DNA from: Fonticula alba ATCC 38817
Lineage: Eukaryota > Protista > Nucleariida
Assembly: GCA_000388065.2 (NCBI GenBank)
Contig: KB932203.1
Direction: 5' to 3' (one strand)
Length of the DNA: 64,000 nucleotides
Positions 10,544-22,997 of this stretch are shown piece after piece. Numbering within the stretch: the stretch's first letter is position 1; every line of letters begins with the position of its first letter. The translations under genes and the position numbers were made by a program. The notes under the pieces were generated by a model. The model worked only from the letters and a program-made list of their open reading frames with translations, searched no databases and had not been told where the DNA came from.

Positions 10544-13288
10544 TCATCTCCCGAGGAAGGCAGCCCAGCCACGCGTGGCCGCCGGCTCCTGCGATGCGCG
10601 GGTAATCTGCACGCCAACAGTGGCACCGACGGACAGGCCCTCTCCGGCCGGCCGGGGGGTCTGGTAAAAGGCGGTCAGCGACCGGGCCCCAAGAGCCGCG
10701 GCGGACTTGGCCTTGCGGGCCGCAATGACCGGCTTAGGCATCGGAAAGGGACGGCCTCCGGGTGCATTAGTCGCGGCGGCGGTGGCCACTGTCGACAAAT
10801 CGAAGAGGAACCCGGCGCGGGCCTGGCAATGGGCAGCCACACGGGACTCCGTCCAACTGACCTCGGACGCGGCTGGCCCCATGCTCCGTGTCATGGTGGA
10901 CACGGTCTTCTCGGCGGTGGACCAGGAGAATCGCCCAGGCCCGGGCAGGACCAAAAGCGGGTCCGACACCAGCACCGGCTCCAGGGACGGGTCCCCGGCA
11001 AGGGGGGCGACATTCTTGGCATTGGCTGGTGGTTGGAGGATTTGAGCTGGCGAGGCGCGGCGCACACAGGCCAGCGAGTAGGCTGCCCCGTGGCCAGCAC
11101 CCTCCAGGGCCTGGAGGTAGTGCCGGGTGATGGCATCGGTGGGGTAGCCAGAACCAAAGCGCCTCAGCGGGTGGACTCGCACCCCGGGGGGAGGGTCAGT
11201 CACCGGCGTGGCCACGGTGTCGGCGGCGGTCGCCGCGTTGGCCGCGCCTATTTCCGCGTCTCCCGACGGGGCGGCTTCGATAGATCCCGAGCCATTGAAT
11301 GTCGGCGCCATGCCAGTCACCGAGCCATCGGCCGGATGGAGGAAGGGAGCCCATGTGGAGGAAAGCGCAGCAATGCCAGCCACAAAGAGGGGGGCCAAGT
11401 CCGTGCGCCAGTCCTCCGCATGCAGGGGAACCACCCGGCAGGCGGCCGACGAGAAGGCCAAAAAGTCCGGCACGGGAGTGCCGTCGGGCCGGGGCCGACC
11501 GAGCAGCCCGGCATTGGCCAGGCGCCGGAGAGCGCCATAGAAGGGACTTGTGGCTGGGTGGCCATCGGATTGGCCGGGGGGCTGCTCGGCCGGGCGCAGG
11601 TCGTGATAGGGCCAATGGGCCAAGGCATGATCGCGGATCTGCTTGGCTATGATGGACGCGGCGCCGGCCACACCGAAGTGGGCATCCGCATGCTCGGCCA
11701 CCGTCAGCCGGCCGATGTGCACTGGGGACCTGCGCCGGGGCTGCCCAGACCCAGGGTCGAATCCAGGCCCGGCTCCGGCGCCCAGCCACCGCGCCCACAG
11801 GGACCCGGTGTCAAGGGCACTTGCGGGGCCAGTGCGCCCGGTGTCCGCCAGCCGGGCCAACACCCCGTGTGCGTACTTGACGCCGCCATCGGCACCCAGC
11901 GAATCGCACACCACCCGACGGATGTCGGCTCCGCGCTCAAGGGCAAAGTGCAACACCAGTCGGGCTACTGTTGCATGGGCCAAGGTGTCGATGGATTGCT
12001 CGCTGTGGCGCACCGCCGGGGAGGAGGGGAGGGGGGGGCGAGGTGGAGAGCAGGAGGGTACGCGCGATCAGTTTCCCCCCTTGCCCCGGAGGCCGAAGGT
12101 GATTGAGAGAGAGAGGCTGGGAGAGAGGGAGAGAGGGAGCGAGAGATGGAGAGATGCATGGGTCGACGGAGGTGATAGGACGAACCGTCCGAGCATATAG
12201 TGACTAATCTCACCCGGGGAGAGAGAGATGGCCGCCCAGGCGGAGCCAGCCAGCTCCGGCGGGCCCCCGCTGGGGCGATCGTCCCGACAGGCGGGGCAGG
12301 GGGTCGGGGCATCCGCGGCACCGCCGACAACCCCATGGCAGACGTGTCGGCGGATGCCTGGGCCCTCGGTGGCGTGGATGATGGAGGAGAAAAGGGCCAG
12401 GCGCATGGGGGCTGTGACGACCTTCGAGTCGCGGAAGCCAAAGTCCCGGAGGGTCTTGTCAGCGGCGACAAGGGCCTCGAGCTCCCGGTCAGAGCCTGGA
12501 GCCGGCCAGGACTGGGACAGGGTCTCGGGAGAGGTGGGCGAAAAGAGTGGCATCAGGTAGGCCGCGTAAACCATCGGGCCTGCTCGCCGGTTTTCCCGAG
12601 CAAGAATGGCGGCGTCAGGAGCGGGCCTCGCGCGGGGGAAGCATGGGGGAGGAAAGCCGACGGCAAAGGCGGGGACGCCTGGGGGGGGGGGGGGGGGGGG
12701 GGCGGGGGGAATACACCCGCCGGGGGGGGGCCGGGCCGAAAAGGAGCGGGAAAAAAGGCCAAGGGGGCTTGCCGGGTCCCCCCCTTGGCTTCGGCCCCCG
12801 GCCCCCACCCCCCTGCGCCCCTTTTGCCCCCTTGGGTCCCCCCCCCCCCCGGGGCTTGGGGCCCCGTTTTGGGGGGGGGGAAAGGGAGAGAGAGGGGGGG
12901 GGAGGGGGAGAGAGAGAGAGAAAACCTCGAGGAGGGGAAGCCATTGTTCTGGGTTGCATTGTGCGCTGTGATGACACACAGGCTCGGCGGCGGCGCGGCC
13001 AGNNNNNNNNNNGGGGGGGGGGGGGGGGGGGGGGCTTGGGCAGGAGCAACACGCACCGAGGACAGGGCCACGACCGGCCTCATCGATCCCGACAAGGCAG
13101 GGCCCAAGGGCTGCAAGGTCGCCGGCTGCCGGGCCAGCGAGGCTGTCCTGGAGGGCCGTCCCCCCGGCGGCCGGGGCAGCGAAGCCGCGCGTGCTGGCCG
13201 CCAGGAAGGTGACGTGCGGCGTCAGGGGGTCCAGGAAGTAGAGATGGTCCTCCGACGCAGGGGGCGGGGGCTTGGTGCGGGGCGGCAT
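10544..13288 (-). CDS. RNASEH2A: Ribonuclease H2 catalytic subunit A with large insertions
   Basis: GIDEAGRGPVLG|PMVYA, FRDSK, VCDSLG, HADAHFGVAGAASIIAKQIRD, FGSGYPTD, RFSWSTA. All four acidic catalytic positions are present. Confidence 0.9.
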
Positions 13289-15655
13289 CTCCGACAGTGG
13301 GTGGAGGTGGGCAGTAGGGCAGGGCAGGGCAGGGGGGGGGAGATCGACGGTGTCACGACCTGACCATGCCCCGGGCCGGCGGCGGGCATCTTTTCCATGA
13401 TGTCCCCAGTCGCGCCCAGTGGGGATGCCCGTCTCGCGCACCCCCCGAGGGGCGGGAGAGGGGGGGGGCGGCCGGTCGGAGGCCGGAGAGCGGGATCTTG
13501 GCGCGTGCGTTCGATCTCTTGGCGGGAAAGTGCCAACGCTCTGAGGGCGTCCGAGGGAGCACCCAATACGGGTGGACAAAAATCCGGGTTCTCCCCAATC
13601 CTCCCCACAAATGGGAGATAAATAAAAAAGCAAGAATATACATGCTGCTGGTTGTGGCGGCGCGGGGGGCCTTTTTTCCAGTGCCCCACCGATGAGATAA
13701 AGAGGCTCCTCAAGCATGCCGGCCGGTTTGGGGCCAGCCACGCGTGGGTTTTTTCCTGGCACTTCTGAGGCTGGGCGGCGTACGTGGGTGTGCGCGCTCT
13801 CGTGCACAGCGCGTGCTGGCGGGATTCTGCTTCATGAGATCCGCACCCCAGGGCCGCGTTGAGGCGGGGCCGTGTTGACGACCCGTGCTCGCACACGGAC
13901 CTCAGCACCGAGGGCGACATGGACCCGGAGGCCTTTTTTTCCGGGCGCCCGCCAGTCTCCGCTGGTGGCTCGCCTTCTTTCTGTGTGGTTGTCTGAGCGG
14001 CCGGTTCTCCCCCCCTCCCCGTCTTGGGGGGGACTACCAGGGGCAGAGGTCTCCGCGCGCGCGCGCGCGCCCCCCCCCCAGGCGGACTGTCCCCCTCGTC
14101 TGGGGCTCCATTGGTGGAGAGAGACCCGTGTGTCTTTGGTCTGCCGGCGGGTGTGCCGGGCGGGAGGCGCCTTTTCACGGCGGGGGCGCACTGTCGCGGA
14201 CGGACGCCAGCGGGCAGACGGGCGCATGCCGGCGGAGGGAGGGCGGGATGGGGGGGAGAGACAGGAGAGGGAGAGGGCCACACAGGGGGAGGGGTGGTTG
14301 GGCCGGGTGGTGTGTGGGCGCCCTCCGCCCTTCCCGGCGCGCGGGGCGAGCGGGAATCGCCGAACGTGTGTCCCCCGGGGGCCGGCGGTGAACCCTGCGC
14401 GGGGCCCGGTGGGGGGGGGGGGGGGGGGGGGGGGGAAGGGGGGGGGGGGGGGGGCGGCAGGGGGGAGGGGGGGGGGGGGGGTAGGGAGGGGAGGGGGGGG
14501 GGGGGGGGGGGGGGAGGTGGGGGGGGCCTAGCAGATCCGCCCTCCCCCCAACAGCGTCCAAGGGCCGGAGGGCGGGGGGGGAGGGGGGGAACCCACGGCC
14601 ATGCGAGGAGGACTGCGTTCTCCTGCCGCCGTGCAGGCTGCGGACCGTCGCCCGCCGTTCGTCGATGCCTCTCCCGGCGGTCGGCCGGTCGGTGCTCTAG
14701 CACTCTTTGAAAATTGACAGCCATTTGTCAGGCGCCTCCCTTCAACTCCCCTCGGAGAGAGTCGCTCTCTAACCTCGTTTACTGTTTTTTTTACATCAGA
14801 AACTCGAGGTCACGACACGTACGACCTCGCCTCCTCCCCGCTCCTCCTCCTCCTCCCCCCACCTTGCCGATGCCTCTGCCCTCCTTCTCTCCCTGCCCGT
14901 GGCTGCCGTGTCTCTGCGCGTCCTGCGCACGCCTCCCCGATGGCCGCCCCCTCGCTCCCTCTCTCTCGTTCTCGTGGAAATACTGCCTTCGCGCGCGCGC
15001 TCGTGCCAGCGCGCACGCACGCACGCACCCACATGCGCGTGCCTACGTGCCAGCCTCCTCTCTCTCTCTCTATGTCTCTCTCCCTCCTCTCCCGTGGCTG
15101 TCTGCCTGCATACGTATGGCTTTGGTCATGCGTGGATGTGTGCAACGTCTCGTCGGCGGGACCCCACCGGCCCTCGCACGCCTCGTAGGGCTGCCGGCTA
15201 GCGCGCGCGCACGCGTGTGTGGCATGGCGGGATTGCCGTGTCCTTCTCCCCCCCCGGGAGGGATGCCCGGTCGCGTGGTGGATCTCCTTCTGTGTGAGGA
15301 CCCACGCCCGACGGCGCCGGCCAGGCCTGTCGGATGCACCTTTCCGGATCTGCATCCGATGCGCGCTCGCGCGCCGTGCCCCGCGAGGGAGACATAGAGG
15401 AGGAGGAAGAGGACATCGCAGCACATGTGCATGTGCATGTGTGTGTGTGTCATGGCGGCGTCCACCACGAGGCGCAGAGTCGGTGTTCTCACCATCGGGC
15501 CCGAAGGGCCGCGCGCCCTCTCAGCTTATTTGCCGTTGGCTTTTGTCTAACCCCCCTGTGCCCCGCTGTCTCGCTCAACTGCCCTCCCTCCTTGTGGTTC
15601 GCTGTTCTCTCTTTCCTCCCCCCTTACGCGCATGCACGCCCGCCATCCCCGCAGA

Positions 15656-16739
15656 ATGTCTACTGCGTCGAAGATCGTCAAGGCCAACGGTGCCAAGCCC
15701 ACCGAGTTCGAGGACCAGCTGGCCCTCCACCTCACCGGCATTGAGGGTAAGGTCCCTGAGCTCGCCGCCGAGCTCAAGTCCCTGCACTTCACCGCCGCCG
15801 AGGAGGTCCGTATCTCTTTTCGCTTGTTTTCCTCCCACTGCGCGGCCGAGGGGGGGAGAGGGGGGGAGAGGGGTCCAGCCGTCTCCGGGATGTGGAGAAG
15901 GCCGCTGCCGGGTCGCATGTCCACGTGCACGGGATGCTGGCCAGGCGATTCGCCCTTTACTGACCCCCACTGTCTCTCTGTCTCTCTCTTCGTTCGTTCG
16001 TTCGTTCGTTCGCTCTCTCGTGCTCTTTCGCCCGCTTCCCTCGCAGGTCGATGCTGGCAGCAACAAGCGCGCCATCGTCATCCGCGTCCCCGTCCCCCAG
16101 CTCAAGCGCTTCCAGAGCATCTCCAGCAACCTCACCCGTGAGCTTGAGAAGAAGTTCGCCGGCAAGCACGTCGTCATGATCGCCAACCGCCGCATTCTCC
16201 CCAAGGCCAGCCGCAAGCTTTCTCACAAGCAGCCCCGCCCCCAGTACGTTCTCGGGCTCGTTTTTTTCCCTCCGCTGTCGGCGCCCGCCGCCCCCTGGCT
16301 CCCTTCCCCCCCCCTCGCTTCTTCGCATCTCTGACCCCATGCCCGACTCTTCTTGCTCCCAGCTCCCGCACTCTCACCGCCGTCCACGATGCCATCCTCA
16401 ACGACATCGTCTACCCCGCTGAGATCTCCGGCAAGCGTCTTCAGTACAAGACCAACGGCAAGCGCCTCCTCAAGGTGTACGTATATACCTGCCTCCTCCC
16501 CCCTCTCCTCCCCCGTGTTCCCCCCTACTTTGCGTGTGTGTGTACTCTCTCTCTCTCTCTCTCTCCCCGCGCCTGACACCCTCTCTCCTCTTTTCTCCCC
16601 CCCTCCCCGATGGCGGGGCACGCGCAGCTTCCTCGACACCACCGAGGCCACCCAGCTCGACCACAAGCTCGAGACTTTCTCTGCCGTCTACAAGAAGATC
16701 ACCGGCAAGGATGTCGTCTTCGAGTTCCGCAAGCAGTAA
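15656..16739 (+). CDS. RPS7: 40S ribosomal protein eS7
   Basis: Exons 15656-15805, 16047-16243, 16363-16476 and 16628-16739 give [67 protein letters not shown]. Confidence 0.98.
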
Positions 16740-18405
16740 ATTCGCCCCCTCCCAGGCGCTCCTCTCTGTTAGCTGATCGAATGCCACCCCCTCCAACTTC
16801 TGTTCGTGCCCCCGTCGTCTGCTCGTAGAATCTTTCTTGGGTTTGTCGCGGTCAAGAATAGATTGTGTTTGAATACAGCAGCCAAACCTGGTCGGGTGTC
16901 CCCTGTGTGTTGTGTGTGATATCTTGTGTTGTCTTTACCTAGCGCGCATGGCCGGGGGGGGGGGCCGCGCCTCGTCTCTCCCTCCCTTTTTCTCGGGCGT
17001 GTGTATGTAGCTGCCAGTCGGTGCGGTGCGCGCGCCCCCGCTCTTCTGCTCGACGCGGCACCGAGAGTGGTGTGAGGTGTGCAAGGGGGAGCAGACAGGG
17101 GGCCGGCCGGGTCTCGTTGCCTGCTTCCCCTGTTCTCGGGGGGGGAGGGCCGCGCGCCTAATGGCGGCCCTCCCTGCTCCTCCTCTCTTTCCGTCTCCAC
17201 CACCGGAGACGCCGCAAGGCTTTTGGATGTGTGTTGTAGGGGTGTGCTTCGGGGGCCAGCAGAGCATAGGCTGGGCGTCGGTGGCAAGGCGCGTCGCGCT
17301 GAAAGACTGAAAAGTCAGCCCTAGAAAGGGAGCTACGCGCGCTCTGTGGCCCTCCTCAACCAAGTGAGGGAACTTCTCCGCTGGCCTGCCTTCCGCTGCC
17401 TGCTGCCTGCCCAGTGGCTCGGCGAGGGGGGTCTGGTGTCTTGGCCCGGCCCGGGGGGGGGGGGGGAGCACGTCGCTTGGGCCTTTGTCCTTTTGGGCGT
17501 GCAGCGCCTGTGCGGGGAGAGCCGGCGGCCATATCTGCGACTGCTCCTTAACCCATAGCGGAGGGGACCACTACTTCCCAGGGGGCCCCCTGACCAGATG
17601 GACGCTCGGCGGGTGGGGGCGCGGCGGCCCGCACCGCCCTATAAACTGAGACCCTCGCACAGTTACAACCACACACGGCAACGATGCCCGTGGGCGGATG
17701 TGGCCTCGGCAAATGGTACCCCTTTTCCAAGCGAACACGGGCGCAGGACAAGCCAGCGAGCGGGCTGCACCCTTTTGCCAGATCCCCGGCAGGCCCTCGG
17801 GGGCAGAGGCACGGAGACGCGCGGCGCGGGCTGGGCCTGTTTCTGAGGGCCTCTCTCCCCCTCCCTCTCTCTGTCTGTCGCTCGGATCAGCCCGGGAACC
17901 CCCCCCCCCCCGAGAGCCGGCACCTTGGCAGTTGCCCGCCTGCGCATGCAAGTTGACGGGGCTTGCTGACCTACGGCTGCTCGGACTGAGGCAGCCCGTC
18001 GATAATCGCCCCGATCGAGCACCGCCTCGGAGCTGGCTCGAAAGCCGGCCGGCTATATAGTTGTCAATGCGCGAGGCCCCCTCGGCTTCTTTCCTCCGTC
18101 TGTGGGACCGCTCAGAGCGCGGATTCCTGGCGCGGCCCACGGCCAAACTGGTCGCCTGACCCACTGGTAACTCGTGATGATGCCCCAAGAGAGCGCAACC
18201 CCATGATCCGGTTCTGGGCATGATCCCGCCCGGCCATGGGCTCCTCCCTCACACGTCCAATGCGGCGAATATTCCGGCACCTCCATCCTCGAGAGACCCG
18301 CGGGAGCTGTTGACCGACGGATCGGAAACAGTCCAATCCGATCTCTACAAAGGCGCAGTTGCTGCCCCCGGCCCGCGATCCCGCATCGGCGCGAGATCTA
18401 CCCCC

Positions 18406-19242
18406 NNNNNNNNNNNNNNNNNNNNNNNNNNNNNNNNNNNNNNNNNNNNNNNNNNNNNNNNNNNNNNNNNNNNNNNNNNNNNNNNNNNNNNNNNNNNNNN
18501 NNNNNNNNNNNNNNNNNNNNNNNNNNNNNNNNNNNNNNNNNNNNNNNNNNNNNNNNNNNNNNNNNNNNNNNNNNNNNNNNNNNNNNNNNNNNNNNNNNNN
18601 NNNNNNNNNNNNNNNNNNNNNNNNNNNNNNNNNNNNNNNNNNNNNNNNNNNNNNNNNNNNNNNNNNNNNNNNNNNNNNNNNNNNNNNNNNNNNNNNNNNN
18701 NNNNNNNNNNNNNNNNNNNNNNNNNNNNNNNNNNNNNNNNNNNNNNNNNNNNNNNNNNNNNNNNNNNNNNNNNNNNNNNNNNNNNNNNNNNNNNNNNNNN
18801 NNNNNNNNNNNNNNNNNNNNNNNNNNNNNNNNNNNNNNNNNNNNNNNNNNNNNNNNNNNNNNNNNNNNNNNNNNNNNNNNNNNNNNNNNNNNNNNNNNNN
18901 NNNNNNNNNNNNNNNNNNNNNNNNNNNNNNNNNNNNNNNNNNNNNNNNNNNNNNNNNNNNNNNNNNNNNNNNNNNNNNNNNNNNNNNNNNNNNNNNNNNN
19001 NNNNNNNNNNNNNNNNNNNNNNNNNNNNNNNNNNNNNNNNNNNNNNNNNNNNNNNNNNNNNNNNNNNNNNNNNNNNNNNNNNNNNNNNNNNNNNNNNNNN
19101 NNNNNNNNNNNNNNNNNNNNNNNNNNNNNNNNNNNNNNNNNNNNNNNNNNNNNNNNNNNNNNNNNNNNNNNNNNNNNNNNNNNNNNNNNNNNNNNNNNNN
19201 NNNNNNNNNNNNNNNNNNNNNNNNNNNNNNNNNNNNNNNNNN
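18406..19242. other. 837-nt assembly gap that probably should contain the ENDOV 5' segment now placed at ~22995-23514
   Basis: The first 26 nt after the gap (19243-19268) are identical to the last 26 nt before the gap at 23515 (23489-23514). Confidence 0.85.
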
Positions 19243-19390
19243 CGGTTCCTTCGGTCAATCTCCCCCCCGAGCAGGAGTACGTCATGCCCCCCCCCCCCCC
19301 CCCTTTACCCCACCTGCCTCAAGCTGCCTTTGTCCTCCCTCCCCCCTCACCCTCGTCTGGTCTGATCCTCTTCCCTCTCAACACAGACAG

Positions 19391-20298
19391 GCCGCTCACT
19401 CGATAGTGTGCGCATCGCTGGCCGTCTATGAATACCCATCCATGCGTTTGGCATACGAGGCCTCGCTGATGACCACGGTGGAGGTGGAATACATCCCCGG
19501 CTTCCTGGCCTTCCGCGAGAGCCCTCCCCTGCAGCAGCTCCTGGAGCATGTGCGCCAGAGCAGCCCGACCCACTTCCCTGATATGCTCCTGGTCGATGGG
19601 AATGGCCTGTTGCATGAGCGGTCATGTGGCCTGGCCTCCTACCTTGGCGTTCAAATAGACCTCCCCGTACGTCCTCCCCCNNNNNNNNNNNNNNNNNNNN
19701 NNNNNNNNNNNNNNNNNNNNNNNNNNNNNNNNNNNNNNNNNNNNNNNNNNNNNNNNNNNNNNNNNNNNNNNNNNNNNNNNNNNNNNNNNNNNNCCTGCCA
19801 GCTGACATTCCCATGCTGATCCCGGTTCCCAGACCATCGGCGTGTCCAAAACCTTCTTCAAGCTGCCGGGAATCGAGGCCGAGGACGTGTCCAGCCGGGC
19901 GGCCGCGGAACTCACCCAGTCCGGGTCCTTCTTCGATCTGATCGACAGCTCAGGCAGGGTCAAGGGTCGCGTGCGCACCACCTCACCTTGCCGCCGCGCC
20001 ACGCCCACCTCCTTGGCCACAGCTAACCCCTCCCCGCTCCTCGCAGGCTATGCGCGCAACGAAGAAGTCCTCCCGGCCGATCTTCGTGTCGGTTGGCCAC
20101 CGGGTCAGCCTGGACACGGCCGTGCGAGTGGTTCACGGATCGTGCGAGTTCCGGCTGCCGGAGCCCATCCGCCACGCGGATCAGGTGTCTCGCACCCTGC
20201 TCAAGGCCTTCTGCCTCAATGCCTCGACCGGCCAGCGGCCGTGGTCCCTGGCCGGGGGCCCGGAGTTTTCGGAACGTGTCTTCCCCACTGCGAAGTAG
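19391..20298 (+). CDS. ENDOV: Endonuclease V, 3' exons
   Basis: CASLAVYEYP..EYIPGFLAFRESP..PDMLLVDGNGLLHERSCGLASYLG..TIGVSKT..PIFVSVGHRVSLDTA..RLPEPIRHAD. Stop at 20296-20298. Confidence 0.93.
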
Positions 20299-20483
20299 CA
20301 CGCCTCCCCGTGAATACACTCACAACTATGCCTCATGGTCGAGCCACGTCGATACACATGTGCACACTGGTGCATGTTCGCGCTGCTGGCGCACATATAT
20401 TGTGTCATGCTGCCCCCCGGCGGCAGATCCGGGGCTACACACACACACACACACGCACATACACACTCGTGCATGTGGCCGAA

Positions 20484-21765
20484 TTACGCCTCATCGCCGG
20501 AGCTCTTGCACAGGGCCAGGGCAGAGAACTCGATCGACCCCTCGGAGTTCTTAAAGTAGATGTCGTCGATGACCTTGCAGGCGTCCTGTGCTCGTCGGCA
20601 GGGAGAGAGAGAGAGAGAGGGGGGGGGGGGAGCGGCATTTCCCAGGGGCAGGGCGGGCAGGGCACGAAGGGGGAAGTACAGCGTTAGCCATTGGTCATGG
20701 TTATTCAAGCGATCTACCGCCGCCACCGTCGCCAGATATCCTGGCAGGCAGCAGGGGGGCATGGGCGGCAGCATGCCCGCACACGCACCTCCAGGAGACT
20801 GGACTCGGTGGTGGTGCCATGGAGGACCGGGCCCTCGCGGCGGCCATCCAGCTCGTAAAGCTTGCCCTCATGCTCAACGAAGACCACATAGTGGTGGTTG
20901 GTCAGGTTGTCCTCGGGGATCTCGGTCTCGCCCTCCTGCGCCGAGTCATGGTGGTGGTCGCGGATGTCGTCGGACAGCTCGAATGCGCGGGCACGCTCCT
21001 CCACCGACAGGTCCTTGTTCTTCTGGTAGAAAATGTCCAGCACCGACTCCTTCTCTGTGTGCAATAGATGTTCACATATGCGTGAAGATGCGTGAGTATA
21101 TGTATGCGTGCACTCACGTGCACGCACACATTCGGTGCGTGCGCGGGGTGTACGGTGAGAACCAGTGCATGGACGGGGAGAGGAGGACGGACCGATCGGA
21201 AGGGCCTTGCGACCATTGAGCAGCGAATGGAAGAGTGCCACAGTGCCGCAGGCATTTTCGACGGTCTGCTGCATGAAGAACACCGAGGCGCTGGTGTCGG
21301 CCTTCTTGCCAGCGTACAGCCGAGTTTGGAACTCCTCGATCTGGTGGTCCGAGCAGGAGGCAACACGGCGGGGGGGGGGGGGGGGGGCGGCATTCACATG
21401 TGAGTATGCGATTCTTGGGACAGCCCCCAAGGGGCTGGCAATGGAAAGGACCACAGAGACCAACTGGGGGAGGCCGTACCTCCGGAGTAATCGGGTAGAT
21501 CAGCAGAACAGCGTACACCGGGCGCGGGACCATCGACAGGAGCTCCGGGTCAAAGCCGAAGATGTCCTCGAATGAGGCGGCCGGACTGCCGAGGCGATGG
21601 GCGAGGGTGGTGAGGCTCTGGATGCGGGGGTGGTTGTGGTTGTTGTCAGTGGTAAGGAGCGGGAGAGGGGTCGTTTTTGTTGTTTGCTGGACAGTGCTGG
21701 AGGATGTAGGCGCAGCGCACCGCGGGAGACGACTCAATCGGGGTCCAGAGAGCATTAGAGGACAT
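20484..21765 (-). CDS. Ubiquitin C-terminal hydrolase, peptidase C12 (UCHL1/UCHL3/Yuh1 family)
   Basis: MSSNALWTPIESSPA|..FEDIFGFDPELLSMVPRPVYAVLLIYP..FMQQTVENACGTVAL (Gln/Cys)..NHHYVVFVEHEGKLYELDGRREGP (His/Asp). Four introns. Confidence 0.92.
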
Positions 21766-22334
21766 GGCTGGGGTAGAGAGAGGGGGGGGGGAAGATGAAG
21801 AAGGCGAGGGAGAAGGTGAAAGGGGGAGGGGGAGGGGGGGGGGAGGGCAGTTCGTCTACTACCCAGAGGCGGTGCCCCTTTAGTGCGTGGGCGATTGCGC
21901 CAGCCATCTTCGGCAGGTACAAGCGCAGGCACTCGCCCACTCGCGCACTCGATACACACTCACGCACGGACGTCCGCGTCACAGTACTCATGGCCCGCCG
22001 GACGCCCGGGATTCGGTGGTGACACCCGGGCCGCTAGTCCCCCGGTGTGGTGGGCGAGAGCAGCCCCCAGCCCCCTCCGGGGGACAGGGGCGCGGGCCCC
22101 TCTGAGCGACGGGGATCGTTGGCACTTGCGGGCCGCGATCGGCTACTCATGGTTGTGTGTGTGTCTTTCTTCATCTCTATTGCTGGAGGAGCGGCTTGGG
22201 AAGCTGGGCGTCGTCGTCGTCGTAGCCGGCCGGCGCGGGGCGCACCCGGGGATGATGGATCGGGGTGCGATGAAGGGGCAAGGGGACAGCCGCCTCGGGG
22301 TCAGCCCCCCCCCCCCCCCCTCGCCCCCGGCCCT

Positions 22335-22927
22335 TCACCTTCTCTCTAGGCAAATCGGAAGAGGACGTTGCTCTGTGTCACCCGGGCGATAGAACTCCCA
22401 GCCGTGGCAAAACGCCTCAGGGGCAGGAGACAGGTCTTTCCCCCGGCCTCTGGGAGCATCTCGAGACGCAGGAGAGAGGTGTTGGTCTGGAGCGCCTGCG
22501 CGACTGACTGGGCGAACTGGCGCAGGGTGGCTCGCGAGCGTGATTCTGTGCTTGTGGGTTAGAAGTGGATCCAGATGCGTGTTCTCCCCCCGCCGCTTGG
22601 CCTGTGCTCGGCGCCCTGTTCCCCCCCCCCGCGTGGCCACCCGCTGGAAGGAGCCGCAGCGCACCTGGAAGGAAAAGTTTGCGTGCATGTGAGCTCCCTG
22701 CGCGAATGGACCGCAGGCAGCAATCCGTCTCCAGGAACCAGACCAACACATCATGGTAGGCGTGGAATTGTTCGGCGTTGCGAAAGTGGTTCTCTAAAGG
22801 TCGAGGGGGGAGGGGGGAGGGTGTTGGCCCGCATGTGTGTCGTGTGGTAAGTGTGTGGCTCTCGTGGAGCGCATCGGCCAAGCCCCTCATTCCTGCCCGT
22901 CTCTATGTCTAGCCCTCTCGCTCGCCC

Positions 22928-22997
<70 letters not shown>

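Noticed and set aside
17267-17300. GCTGGGCGTCGGTGGC resembling the SRP RNA/Alu 5' end
   Set aside because: No UGUNR motif and no helix-8 GNRA/AGCAG S-domain downstream.
18054-18405. TATATA followed by GTGATGA (C box at 18173) and short ORFs on both strands before the large gap
   Set aside because: No D box or terminal stem at a suitable distance and no rRNA-complementary guide. The ORFs have no recognisable motif. More likely promoter/UTR DNA.
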